A stretch of 64,000 nt of DNA. Origin: Epiperipatus broadwayi. Taxonomy: Eukaryota > Animalia > Onychophora. The stretch is from contig JAQFVV010000002.1 in NCBI GenBank assembly GCA_028023455.1, positions 30,442,001-30,506,000 of the forward strand, read 5' to 3'. The notes under the pieces were generated by a model that saw only the letters and a list, made by a program, of their open reading frames with translations, searched no databases and was not told the DNA's origin. The translations under genes and the position numbers were made by a program. This document shows positions 50,836 through 63,350 of this stretch, in pieces. How positions within the stretch are numbered: position 1 is the stretch's first letter; every line of letters begins with the position of its first letter.

Positions 50836-51990
50836 ATTTAATATAGATAAATATTTTTCATATAATAAAGACATATATGAGAGATAGTGACCTGGACCAA
50901 CTATTGAGTTCTGGTTCAGCATGAAATGCATCTTGGGAGTCATTTGTCTTTTATTGTATCTTTATTTAGATGAATTTAAAAGAATGTGGTAATATTGAAG
51001 TTATTTAATATATTTATAAAGATATTACACATGGGGAAAAAAATGTGAATAACTCCATGTGTTTATCTACATTTAAAAAACTAATCTTTAATTGAGTTTT
51101 GAAGTTTATATCTGTACTAGAGACAATCTCTAGTTTAGTAAATGATTAATAATAGTCGTTACTATTTTTATCAAAAGTGGATAGTGTTAAAAATGTGGGC
51201 TGAGTTAATTTGACACTTGTAATCCAAAATATAATTATTTAATATAGATAAATATTTTTCATATAATAAAGATATATATGAGAGATAGTGACCTGGACCA
51301 ACTAATGAGTGCTTGTCATTTGTATTTTATTGTATCTTTATTTATATGAATTTTTTTTTTAAGTGTCATAGCATCGGCCAGGACACGAACCCGCAACCCG
51401 GGCAACTGCCTGCAAGTGCAAGGCAGTCACGCTGACTCCTCGACCACCAATGCAAGACTATTTATATGAATTTAAAAGAATATGTGGTAGTGCTGAGATT
51501 ATTTAATATATTTATAAAGATACTATACATGAGGAAAAGAAATGAGAATAACTCCATATGTTTGTGTGTCTAATTTTAAAAAATCAGTTATATTAATCTT
51601 TAATAGATATAATAAACATCTCCACACTTCCCCAATTCTTTTCAAATTCATATAAATTTTTAAAAAATCAGATATATTAATCTTTAACTGAGGTTTAAAG
51701 TTTATATCTGTGCTAGAGATAATCTCTAGTTTCAAAAATGATTAGTAATAATCATTAGTGTATTTGTCTGAAATGGATGGCATCAAAGTTGTGAGTGGAG
51801 GGAGTTTGACAATGGTAAATGAAAATATAACAATTAATCTTTAAATGAGTGTTAAAGTTTATATCTGTGCTAGAGATAATCTCTAGTTTAGTAAATGATT
51901 AATAATAGTCATTACTATATATATCTAAAGTGGATGGTGTCAAAGTGGTGAGTTCAGTTAATTTTGACACTTGTAATTCAAAATGCATTA
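50836..51990 (+). mobile_element. Family E head-to-tail array (~400-bp period, then shorter partial units)
   Basis: tatttaatatagataaatatttttcatataataaaga..gagagatagtgacctggaccaacta at ~50836 and ~51236; HHR CCAA-CTATTGA-GTTC-TGGTTCA-GCAT-GAAA-TGCA-TC-TTGG (~50897-50936). Confidence 0.8.
51354..51458 (-). mobile_element. Short tRNA-derived SINE with 15-bp TSD, inserted in family E
   Basis: TSD tatttatatgaattt at 51339-51353 and 51459-51473; minus strand tggtggtcgagg (A-box-like) and ggttcgtgtcc (B-box-like); poly-A tail. Confidence 0.9.
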
Positions 51991-52284
51991 ATATTTACAA
52001 TGTAAATTATATTTCTATAATTACTAACATTAATGTAATTATTAATTGTTCTCAATAGTTTTTGTCAACAATTATTGTTCATTCTAATAGTAGTATTTTA
52101 ATTAAATTTTTAGTAAAAGAAGTATTATTTTTATGAAATATGTGTCTCATATTCTTTGTATGTATATTAATAGAATTTTTATTATATTTACCTTGTTTTA
52201 ATCTTGAATTTATTTGACATTTTATTTCTCATAAATATATTTTTTATAACTCCATTTATATATATTATTTTATAAATGTTTATA

Positions 52285-52530
52285 TTAAAACAGGCAAAAC
52301 TCTCCATACAGTAGTGCCACTCAGTGCCAACCAGAATAATGAATGGATGCCAGAAGGCTTGTGCATAAAATCCTCATCTAGTGCATACTCATCCAATATC
52401 CCCAGACTAGCCTTCTGGCATCCATTGATTACTCTGGTTGGCACTGAGTGGCACTACTGTATGGAGAGTTTTGCCTATTTTAATAACAGTTATGTGCTAG
52501 CATAAGAAATGGTGATCATGTGATGTTTAA
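52285..52530. mobile_element. Family A foldback of the 3' region, breaking at HHR stem III
   Basis: 52285-52335 is the reverse complement of ~52430-52485; the minus segment ends at cccagactag (52401-52410). Confidence 0.85.
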
Positions 52531-53654
52531 TGTTTATATTATATTCATTATTTTTATTCCAATTTAAATATTTATAATGCATATATTCTAATTTGGATTT
52601 TATTGTTTATGTTATTATTTGTTTTATTAATAATGTTCTAAATTTCATTTTATTTTAATATAATTCTTACTAAATTATTACAATTTCGGTTACAGGTGTC
52701 AAATTTTCTGTACCCACAACTTTGACGTCAACCATATATTAAACTAGAGATTATCTTTGGTCAAGATATAACTTTAATCATCAGTTGAAAATTAATATAT
52801 CTGGTTTTATATAAACATATGGATCAACTTCATCTCTCATTTTCAGTGTGTTTATCTTTTAAAATATCCTTAAAATCTTCATTCCACATATTAAGATATT
52901 ATACATAGAGTAGGAGAGATGAAGTTGAATTACATGTGTTCACCTAAAATCGGATATATTAATTTCTGAGAGTTAAGTTATATCTCAGTAAATCTTCAGT
53001 TTAATAAATAATTATTAAAAATCATTAGAGTATTTATTTGAAGTGTTTAGTGCCAAAGTTTGGGAGTGCAGGAAATTTGACACTTGTAAATCAAATAGTA
53101 ATGATTTGATATAGTGAATAAATGATGACATGTGTAAGAGATGGAGTTCTGGGATGAGTGATGTTCTCTGGCCCAGTATGAAATTTGAATCTTGGGAGGT
53201 CATTTGTCTTTTTCAGATATCTTTATTCTTACATTTCTAGAAGTGGAGGTTTTAAATATATCTCTAAAAATTCTTATTTAATTATATTTTTATATTATTA
53301 TTTTTTTAATGTTGTTTTTAATTGTTGTCTGTAAATTCTTTTATTTCTTCCTCATACCAATTATTATTCAAGCAATAATTTATTTGTGTTTGAATACCAA
53401 TTTGTAGCAAATTTTGCATTTGATTTGTTATTTTTCCTTCTATTTTTTATAGTTGTTTTGTTATTAATTATTTCTTTGTAAATTAAAATATCTAATAAAT
53501 TGATTTATTACTCGTTTTTTTTTTTTAAAAAAAAAGTTAGGTTAGTGATTATATATATATGTGAATAAGCAAATATAAAATGTAAATCTGTGAGCATGTA
53601 GATATGCATTTATCAATGCAGGTAATATGTTGTATATATCATAATAGTATGGAT

Positions 53655-54490
53655 GTAAGCCAATAAACATCACATGATCACCATTTCTTATGCTTGCTTA
53701 TAACTGTTATTAAAACAGGCAAAACTCTCTATATGTATTGTCACTCCATGTAAGCCAGAGTAATCATTGGATGCCAGAAGGCTTGTGCATAAAATCCCCA
53801 TCTAGTGCCTATTCATCCAATATCTTTCTGGCTTGTGGCCTTCGTCAGTGAGAGCACTGAACCTAGATCTTGGGATCTAATGCAACCCTTCAGCAGCCAC
53901 CTTTTATCTCTACTTAATTACAAAACTATCAGTCTTAAATTGAAAACACCATAATATTTTCAATCCAAGCTCATTTGCTTATATAGTCATATAGATCTGA
54001 ACACAGTTCAGTACCTACACATTTTGGTGTCTTTGGTTCTTTAATAAACATGCCACCACTATGGTGATCAAATGATGTTTATTGGCTTAAAACCAACCCT
54101 GCCTAATAGGGTAGTGATGACTATGGTTATTAAAGAATCAAAGATACCAAAATGTATAGGTATTGAACCGAGTTCAGACCTATATGCTTATATAAGCCAA
54201 TGAGCTTGGATTGAAAATATTATGGTATTTTCCAATTTAAGACTCATAGTTTTGTAATTAAATAGAGATAAAAGGTGGCTGCTGGAGGGTTGCATTAGAT
54301 CCTAAGACCTAGGGGCAGGGCTCTCAGATCCAAGGCTCCTCACTGATGAAGGCCACTAGCCAGAAACTAGCCTGGGGATATTGGATGAATCGACCCTAAA
54401 TGGGAATTTTATGCACGAGACTTTTGGTATCCATTGATTACTCTGGCTTGCAAGGAGTGGCAATATGTGTAGAGAGTTTTGCCTGTTTCA
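53655..54490. mobile_element. Family A large inverted dimer (~350-bp arms)
   Basis: ~53720-54055 is the reverse complement of ~54115-54490; plus HHR TCCTCA-CTGATGA-AGGC-CACTA-GCCA-GAAA-CTAG-CC-TGGGGA (54337-54378). Confidence 0.9.
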
Positions 54491-54859
54491 ATTTTAGTAT
54501 AGATGTGTGGGGTTTATGTAGGGATATGGAAATGCTAATAAGCATCACTGTTTATACTGAGTAAGAGCAGAAAATATCAGTAGCTCAAATGAGCAGTAGA
54601 TGCAAATATAAGTAAAATCAGCAGTATGCTAGCACATAATATTATAAAAGAGTAATCATCAATATTTCTTGCTGTATGCATAAACATAAATGCTAATAAT
54701 AACAAAATTTATCATGTATCAATAATTCTGGAATCACAATATCAATACTGAATGGGAACCATCAGATGCCATGAGTATATTGGCCATCAATAAACTAAAT
54801 ATCACCATCACAAAACATATAAATACTGCTCTTTCTTATTGCATTGCCAAATGTATACC

Positions 54860-55135
54860 ACATAATACTAAATCATCCATGCCCTTTACTACTGTTACAC
54901 ACTGTTTTATTTACCACTGTCTTTTACAGTTTACAGTTTTGATTGCCCCAACAATCTTCTTCAGAACTTTTATATCTCATAACTTCAACTTGAAATTAGG
55001 AGATATAAGTTAGGAAATATAAAAGTTCTGAAGAAGATTGCTGGGGTAATTGAAACTGTAAACTGTAAAAGAGGATGGTAAATAAAACATTGTGTAACAG
55101 TAGTAAAGTGTATGGATGATTCAGTATTACATCAT
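54860..55135. mobile_element. Foldback with canonical-core HHR in each arm
   Basis: Arms ~54860-54985 and ~55015-55135; plus AGTT-CTGAAGA-A-GATTG-CTGGGG-TAATT-GAAA-CTG-TA-AACT (55024-55064); left arm has a perfect GATTG/CAATC stem II. Confidence 0.8.
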
Positions 55136-55546
55136 ATAAATACTGTAGAGTGAAGTGTATGGACTTTAAAGGTTACTCTTATCATCATTCAAATAATTCC
55201 AAAAAGAAGTATATAGATATACAAACACACATTTTTTATCCTTTAATCCAAAGCTAGCTTGGGATTGCAAGGACCCTGGGAACTGTGAACAAGAACAGAC
55301 AAATATTAAATAAGTTCACTGGAATAACTTAAAATAATGATTAATAAACTTATTGATCAATTGATAAAAAAAATAATTAAAAGTTTAATAATTAATCTAC
55401 ATTACAAATAGTTCATTCTGATTTTCAGAAAATCTCTGTAGATTAAAAAAAGCCAAGGTAATTATAGTTTATAGAAGTATATCGATTATAAGAGGTCTTA
55501 AATAAACACTTATATGAAACACGTGGATGAATGATAATGCATAATG

Positions 55547-55978
55547 TTAAGCCAATAAACATCACATGATCACCATTTCTTATGCTTGCTTATAACTGCC
55601 TAATAAGATGGTTGTGACTGTGGTTATTAAAGAACCAAGGACACCAAAATGTATAGGTGCGGACCTATATGACTATATAAGCTAATGGGCTTGAATTGAA
55701 AATATTAAAGTATTTTCAATTTTTAAGACTCATAGTTTTGTAGTAAAGTGGAGATAAAAGGTGACTGCTGGAGGCTTGCATTAGATCCTAAGATCTAGAT
55801 GCAGTGCTCTCAGATCCAAGGCTCCTCACTGACAAAGGCCACAAGCCTGAAACTAGTCTGGGGATATTGGATGAGTAGGTACTAGATGGGGATTTTATAC
55901 ACAAGCCTTCTGGCATCCATTGATTACTCTAGCTTGCTGTGTGTAGCAATACATATAGTGAGTTTTGCCTGTTTTAAA
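55547..55978 (+). mobile_element. Family A copy preceded by its inverted 3' tip
   Basis: 55547-55600 is the inverted tip; HHR TCCTCA-CTGACAA-AGGC-CACAA-GCCT-GAAA-CTAG-TC-TGGGGA (55823-55864). Confidence 0.9.
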
Positions 55979-57059
55979 GTGTAATGTTTCTGTTATTGTT
56001 ATTATTTTTATTAACTATACAGGTCAATATTGTTCTATTTTACCAAAAAATATAAATAATTAAATGTCAAACAGCATATAAAATGCAAACATGCATGGGC
56101 ATAATTCTAATATAAAAATAATAATTCAATTTGCTTTTAAAATGAGTTTTTATTGCAAATAAAATTCTTATTAATATTTTTTCTGATCACTTTTAAATGG
56201 TATGCAAAAATTTTTAAGATAAAGAAACCTTACTTAACTTTTTTGAAAACCCATTTCAAATTTCTTTTCTCTTTAGCTTTTGTTTCTCCATTTGCAAACT
56301 TTACAAAATTCATTTTTACCGATTAATTTCTTAGACAGACACTTTAATTTTCTTCCAAAAATTATTTATCTTCAATTATTATAAGAAAATGGCATCTTTT
56401 TTTTTTTTTTTTTTAAAAAAGGATAAATGAAAGTAAAATATCTTACAAATCATACCCAGCCATTCTTATTAATATATTAACAGTTCAGGCTTTCGTCAAA
56501 CATTAAAGTAGGGATTTCCATGATTAAAACAAAGCAAGCATACATGTAAATGATTGTAGTTATGGAATTTAAAATTAACAATATAACTTTTAGCATCACA
56601 TTATTAGACGGCATCAAGTTGACATCAATCCCTGAGAACCATATAAGCCACATTTCTCGAATGCTGGTATCATCAGATTGGCTTTTAAGACTGCATCAAA
56701 TCCATCTATCCTCATTTCTAGTTGCCCTGTTCTTATTTTATCATCAATATTTTCCCAATTTTATATACTTTTTAATGAATGAGATCATCTTAGGATATGA
56801 TTTCAACCGGATTATTGTGCTTCAAGTAAGACTGGATTATTGTGCTTCAAGTAAGAATTCATGTCCAATCAGCTTAACTATTCACTTGATCACTTTTTCG
56901 ATATCCATGGAATTATCAAAAGTTTTTTGTCAAAATTAGAATTCATTACATTATAATCTAAAATAAATATCCAAACAAAAGTAATTTTATGTTGCTTAAA
57001 ATCATGATAATTTATGAAAAAACTTAATTTAAATGTGGCGTTTAAAAAAAAAAACATCA

Positions 57060-57600
57060 TTACTTATATGGCATCAGGACTGACCATAAGATGGTATCAC
57101 AGGTTCATGGTGACTGGGCTCTGATTATAAATAGGGTCCAGTATGCAGTAACTTAACTAGGATTTTTAATGCTCTATAAAATTTGCTAGGGTTTTTTCCA
57201 ATTATTTATATACCTGGACTCACCATAAGGGGATATCATAGGTTCAAGGCACCTGGTCTCTGTGTTATAAATAGGCGCAGAGTGCAATAGCAGACCTAGG
57301 AGCTTTGATGCTCTCCTATGAAATTTGCTAGGAATTTTTGCTAATTGCCTACATGACTTCAGCACTGACCACAAGGGAATATCATAGGTTCATGGCACCC
57401 AAGAAATAAAGTCCAGACTGCAGTAGTACAACTAGGATTTTTGATGTCTACAATATTTGCTAGGGACTTTTCCCAATTGCCCATATGATATCACGTTGCA
57501 AGTTCATGGAACCTGGGTTTTGTGTTATAAATAGGCCCCATGCAGGAGCATGACTAGGATTTTTGATACTTCCTTACAAAATTTTCTAGGAATTTTGTCA
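57060..57600. repeat. Degenerate tandem repeat, ~150-bp unit x~4
   Basis: gactgaccataag..atcacaggttca..ttataaatagg..ctagga.ttt.gatg..aaatttgctagg recurs at ~57068, ~57218, ~57363 and ~57490. Confidence 0.75.
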
Positions 57601-58199
57601 AAAGCAAGGGGGAAGGAGTAGTTAAAAATTAATAAAATGGATTAAAAAAATATTTGTTTACGTTGAGATCATGACGTGACAAGATGGCTGCTTCAAATAG
57701 AGAAGTTTTGGATAAGCATAAAAAGGAATATATTTTTTTAAAAAAATTTCTATAGCGTTCATAGAAAAAAATTTCCAAATTAAATATTAAAAAAAAGAAG
57801 ATTTGGAAACATATTTAATGGAAATAATATCTCTCCATACACCTATTTCCCCTCTTTTTAATCGAAAACTGTTCAACAAATATTTCAATCATTCTTAAAT
57901 TTCTCTTATTAATATAATGCAATAACAAAAAAAAAAAAATTACTTTCTACTTCAAAGTAAACAAGAGAAAATTCCCCTCGCCCCAGGGCCCTTATTATTA
58001 TTTTTTTGGCAAAAAGTTTTATATTTGACAATTCATTGAAGGCTAACTTTTTTATCATTCCCCTGACGCTTCTTTTGTTTTGTTTTTTAAAAAGTTTATT
58101 TTTATTTTTTTTTTTTTAAAAAAAAAAACAAGTTTATTTTTACTACTGTTCCATATTACTAAAATATTTATTGTTAAGTATGTATTTAATCTATTCATT

Positions 58200-58620
58200 C
58201 AATATACTGAATGTTTATTAAATAGAGATGGCATGGAGAGCTGAGGGTCGTGTGAAAGTTTGAGTTCGAATTCCCTTATATATTACATTATATATGTGCA
58301 GGTGTGTGTAAGCCTTACAGTGTATTAATTTATATAGTAAATAGAGGGATTTGAAATTAGGATTTTCAGTCTATATTCATCCTCCATACCATTTCAACCG
58401 ATGCACATGACCACACACACGTGAAGAAGATAAATGATCTCCAATACACGTATTTTGAGCAGAAACAACTGATGAGTGCTGGTTCTGCACGAAATACATG
58501 TATATTAGAGATCATTTATCTTTTTCACATGTGTGTGGTCATGTGTATAGATTGAGATAAAGTAAAGGATGAATATAGACTGAAAATCCTAAGTTCAAAT
58601 CTCTCTATTTACTATTGTTA
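58200..58620 (+). mobile_element. Family C-related foldback with HHR at the centre
   Basis: Arms ~58337-58463 and ~58486-58615. Confidence 0.8.
58467..58508 (+). ncRNA. Minimal type I hammerhead motif with fully canonical core
   Basis: AA-CTGATGA-GTGC-TGGTTCT-GCAC-GAA-ATACATGTAT-A-TT: 4-bp stem II, perfect 10-nt palindromic stem III, H17=A; stem I only 2 bp in this copy (family consensus CCAA/TTGG). Confidence 0.8.
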
Positions 58621-58829
58621 GGGATGTAGAAGTATGAATTTAAAGATAAGTAATTTCTTTGATATATTTAAATATTTTAAATTATATCAACTATGTTTTA
58701 AATTGTTTAATTTAAATAATACTTGTTTTCAGGATATCTACAAATTGGATTTTTTAATGATAAATAAAATAGAAAGCAAACCATAATTAAATGTTTAAGA
58801 GTAATTCTATTAACATTAATAATTATCGT

Positions 58830-59280
58830 CTCTCCAAATTTAATCCAGTTACTAAGATCCACGCTTTTCCTTTCCTACATTACATCAGCAACTTTTCTTA
58901 TTTCATCTATCTATTTCACATGTTGTTTCTTTGTAAGTCTTTTACAATGTTTTGGGATCCATTTTGAAACTTCAACTGTTTATCCAGTATCTTCTCTTCC
59001 AGCAATATATCCATCTCAGTTGTATTCCAGTCTCTTAATTATTTCAATGATATTTGTTTGTTCTCTCATCTAAATATTTTATTTTTGATCTCTTTTTGTT
59101 ACTCCAAACATGTTTTTTCATACATTGCTACCTGAACTGAAGTATCTGTATTGCTCTTCTATTATGTATCTAAATCTGAAATTTATAAGTAAGAACTAGT
59201 AAAGCATGTTTATTAAAATCTTCCTTTCAAATACATCAACATATTTTCTTTTAATATCAAATAATTTCTATCAAAAGCAC
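58830..59280 (-). mobile_element. Old RTE LINE 3' fragment
   Basis: Decayed reverse complement of ~47920-48370. Confidence 0.75.
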
Positions 59281-59299
59281 TTAATTTGATTAAGATGTT

Positions 59300-59686
59300 T
59301 GTAAAATAGGCAAAACTCTCCGTACAGTAGTGCCACTCAGTGCCAACCAGAGTAATCAATGGATTCCAGAAGGCTTGTGGATAAAATCTCCATCTAGTAC
59401 CTAGTCATCCAATCCCCAGACTGTTTTCTGGCTTGTAGCCTTTGTCAGTGAGAAGCTTTGTATCTGAGAACACTGCACCTAGATCTTTAGAATCTAATGC
59501 AACCCTCCAGCAGCCACTTTTTATCTCTACCTAACTACAAAACCATGAGAATAAAATTGAAAACACAATATTTTCAATCTAAGCTTAATAGCTTATATAG
59601 TCATATGTGTCTGAACTCAGTTCAGTACCCATATATTTTGGTGTCTTTGGCTCTTTAATAACCATAGCCATCACTATCCTATTAGG
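59300..59686 (-). mobile_element. Family A copy (continues at 60225-60330 beyond the family C insertion)
   Basis: Matches 53700-54055; minus HHR CTGACAA-AGGC-TACAA-GCCA-GAAA-ACAG-TC-TGGGG (~59414-59448). Confidence 0.88.
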
Positions 59687-60224
59687 GTATATGAGCACAG
59701 ACTTTCACATGATCCACCACTCTCCACTCTATCTAATAACTGATACACTCAAGCATATATATGCTGAAAAGATAAATAATCACCAATATACATATTTCAT
59801 GCTAAACCAGCAATTATCAGTTAGTCCAGATTATCATCTCCCACACATATACACTATAAGTGCTCAGATATATATATATTAAGATAGACAATCTTCATAC
59901 TTTAATGGACTGGCTCCAATCTATTACACACTCCAACTCTTCAACCATCCATCCAATTGAAAATCTGAAGCTGGAATGCTCGAAGGCCACCCTGAAGCTG
60001 AGATTCCTGTCACATCCATGTTGACCCAAGGTCAATCTGAACCCCACATGTACAGGACATAATCCATTAAATACATATGCAAGGATGGGCAGACATCTCT
60101 ACAATGTAATAACTGAAACACAGGCTTAATATATACCATGTGTCTACATATGTAATATAGGGTATATGAGCACAGACTTTCACATGTCATGTGAAAGTAT
60201 ATATTAAGCCTGTGTTTCAGTTAT
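59687..60224 (-). mobile_element. Family C insertion: 475-bp monomer plus terminal repeat and short inverted tail, 12-bp TSD
   Basis: TSD tatcctattagg at 59675-59686 and 60225-60236; gtatatgagcacagactttcacatg at 59687 and 60162; HHR-like CTGATAA-TTGC-TGGTTTA-GCAT-GAAA on minus (~59795-59820). Confidence 0.88.
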
Positions 60225-60514
60225 TATCCTATTAGGCAGGCACTGAGTGGCACTACTGTATGGAGAGGTTTGCATGTTTTAATAACAGTTATGTGCTAGC
60301 ATAAGAAATGGTGATCGTATGATGTTAAGATGTTTGTAGTTGATTCATGAATATCACTATTTATTTTCCTCTGAGAAAATGTTTTGAACATTACTTTAGT
60401 CTTTTAGCCTTTTTCTTTAATCCTATTTTATTATTTTCATCCAATAACTTTTCAACATTTCCTGAAGTGCTGAAACATTATTTGCAAAATAATAATAATA
60501 CATCCTCTCTGTTT

Positions 60515-60910
60515 TATATAACCAATTCACATGACCACACACATATGAATAAGATAAATGAATTCTGCACATAGTTAAATGGAGATATTAAGGTCATATA
60601 TATATATGAGGCGTCAGAGTGTCTTAAGGTCAACGTGGATATCACAATAATATTGGCATCAATAAGGGTTTGAGCATTCCATCATCAGATTTTCAATGAT
60701 ATGGATGGCTGAAGATTTGGAGGATGGAGAAGATTGAAGCCTGTCCATTAAAGTTTAAAGATTTGCTATCTTAATGTAAACTCAACTTATTATATATATG
60801 TGTGGGAGATGATCTGGACCAACTAACGAGTGCTGGTTCAGCACAATATACATATATTAGAGATCATTTATCTTATTCACATGTGAATGGTCATGTGTAT
60901 TGGTTACATA
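60515..60910 (+). mobile_element. Family C copy with inverted 3' segment at its 5' end
   Basis: ~60520-60560 is the reverse complement of ~60862-60905; decayed HHR CCAA-CTAACGA-GTGC-TGGTTCA-GCAC-AATA (60819-60848). Confidence 0.8.
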
Positions 60911-61284
60911 AGATGAAGAAGATGGATGAAGGACTTTTAAGTCTGTGTTTAAATGCCCTTTAATTACATCTTAAAGTTCAGTATTTACAATATACTAGTA
61001 TTGATTTAATAATAATAATAATATTAACAGCCTTAACTGAAAAATCTAGAAGACTTAAATAAGATCCATATATTTTAATATCCGTTGCTTCCCATATTAA
61101 GTCCCAAAATATTTGTTACGAAACTGCCATAAAAAGTTTTGATGACCTCTCATTTCTGCATAATCTAATCATTGCAATCATATTTTGATAAATATTCTTA
61201 AGAATATGACATTATCCTAGATCTATATCATAATAGTCTAAAGCTTTTATCCTGAATCAATATCTTTATGGTTTAAAACTATTC

Positions 61285-61670
61285 ATCATCATCGTCATCA
61301 AACATTATCAATCCACTGCAGGATGAAATCTCTCCAAGTTCAATCCATCTCTGATCTTTATCTTCTCTTCTCCACATCACCCCTGCACACTTTCTTATTT
61401 TATCCATCTCACATGTGGTCTTTTTATGGATCTTTTACCATATCTTGGAATCCAGTTTCTCTTCTAGCAATATATCCAGCCCAACTCCACTTCAGTCTTT
61501 TAATTTTTTAATGAAGTCAGTAACCCCTGTTTGTTCTCTTATCCATATATTGCATTTTCAATCTCTTCTTGTTACTCCTAACATGCATCTCTCCATACTT
61601 TGAGTGGTCTGAAGTCTCTGTATTGCTCTTCTATTAAGTGTCCAAGTCTGATCCATAAGTAAGAACAGGT
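61285..61670 (-). mobile_element. RTE LINE 3' fragment with (GAT)n tail
   Basis: Reverse complement of ~47990-48407; catcatcatcgtcatc tail at ~61284. Confidence 0.85.
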
Positions 61671-61779
61671 AAAGCTATCATTATAGGATTAATCCCTTTT
61701 CAAGTAAAGCTATCATTATAGGATTAATCCCTTTTCAAAATCTACAATAAAGCATAATAGCGGTTCATATAGATGAGAC

Positions 61780-62250
61780 ATTATTCTCAAACAACTTTTA
61801 AATCCAGCTTCTTTGTTTGAGACCAAAATTTGTTGTAGATGAATTGTAATTATCTTGAAAAAGATCTTATATAGAACTAGTAGAAGGCTGATGGATATGT
61901 AATTTCTAACACCTTTATTTCCTTTCTTAAAATATCTTTATCACTACTATATGCATTCAGTTTTCTGGCATATTTTTTATATTTGGATACTCAGTATATA
62001 ATTATGCCAAAAATTTCTCAATTTTTTTACTCATTACTTTAAAAATAGTGAGCGAAAAAATTTTGTAATTTCTTTGAGATTTTCCTTTCTTCATAGTATT
62101 AATTGCATAGTTCATCTCTTTAATTCAGACATTGTTATTTCTTGTTTTTATTATTATTATACATTTGTTTGTAAACTCTTCCATACATGTCATTATGCCA
62201 TCTCTCTTTATAGTAATAGTTCTATTTTTTCTTTTTATTACTAAAATAAT
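61780..62250 (-). mobile_element. Old RTE RT/linker fragment
   Basis: cttttaaatccagctt..gtaatttctaacacc..ttcatctcttta resemble ~39510-39850. Confidence 0.55.
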
Positions 62251-62454
62251 TTTCAAACATCATACTTTTGGGATTTTTAATCCTTTCTATAGTTTTCTTT
62301 AGAAATTCTGATTATTATTATTATTAACTGTTTTTCATAAATTTTCCCAGAATTCCAGGCATTCAATTCTTCTTAATGGATTATTTTTAAATTTTTTCAT
62401 ATATTCCTTCTTGTCTTTATACATCGTCTTGTCTCAAGTGAAATTTAGACTATA

Positions 62455-63350
62455 GCAACATCACATGATCAACATTTCTTATGCTTACACAATCTGTTAA
62501 CGCAGTAGCAACTTCTCCATATGGTATTGCCACCTAGTGCAAGCCATAGTAATTAGTGGATGCTAGAAGGTTAGTGTATAAAAATTCCTATTTAGTATCA
62601 TTTTTTAATCATCCCCAGACTAGGTTCTAGCTTATGGTTTTCATCATTTAAGAGCCTTATATCTGAGAGCATTGTATGTAGGTATTTGGATCGAATGCAA
62701 TCATCCAGAAAACACCATTTACTTTACAAAACTAAGAACCCCAAATGAGAAAAACATAATAATGTTTTCAAGCAAACTTATTCACTTGTACAGTGGTACA
62801 CATCTGAATACAATTCAATAGTCATCAACATCCTTTGGCTAGGATATTGGATGAGTAGGCATTAGATAGAGATTTTGATGCATTAACCTTCTAGTATCCA
62901 TTGATTACTATGGCTTACACTAGGTGACAATATTGCATGGAGACATTAACTGTATTAACAGACTGTGTAAACATAAGAAATGGTGGCCATATAGTGTTCT
63001 AGTGGTTTATTGCCAAACCTAGTCGAAGGATTTTTGTGACTATGGTTATTAAAAAACAAGGACATTAAAATATATAGACACTAAACTAGGTTCATATCAC
63101 TATGACTATATAAGTAAATTAACTTCGATTAAAACATTATTGTGTTTTAGTTTGGGCTCATAACTTATAGTTCTGGAGGAGTGCATTAGATCCAAAATAT
63201 CTGTGCAGTACTCTCAGATCCAAGCCCCCTCCACACACAGAGATGAAAGACATAATCTAGAAACTAGTCTTAGGATATTGAATGTGTAGGAACTGATAGG
63301 AATTTTAATGCACAAAACTTCTGGAATTCATTGATTATTATAGCTTGCAT
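62455..63350. mobile_element. Older family A inverted plus head-to-tail array
   Basis: Minus copy 62455-62820; plus copy 62835-63350 with aggatattg recurring at ~62840 and ~63272; decayed HHR gatgaaagacataatctagaaactagtc (~63242-63269). Confidence 0.8.

Noticed and set aside
55200-55290. Minus-strand acceptor-like site (tttgtctgttcttgttcacag) followed by a GC-richer patch
   Set aside because: No convincing donor or recognisable peptide.
56550-56939. 129-aa plus-strand ORF
   Set aside because: No domain features; the opposite strand weakly resembles a decayed mariner HTH region and contains a short tandem duplication, too weak to annotate.
61670-61740. 35-bp exact tandem duplication, also the ~130-bp duplication at 27285-27520
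   Set aside because: Simple local duplications with no sign of function.
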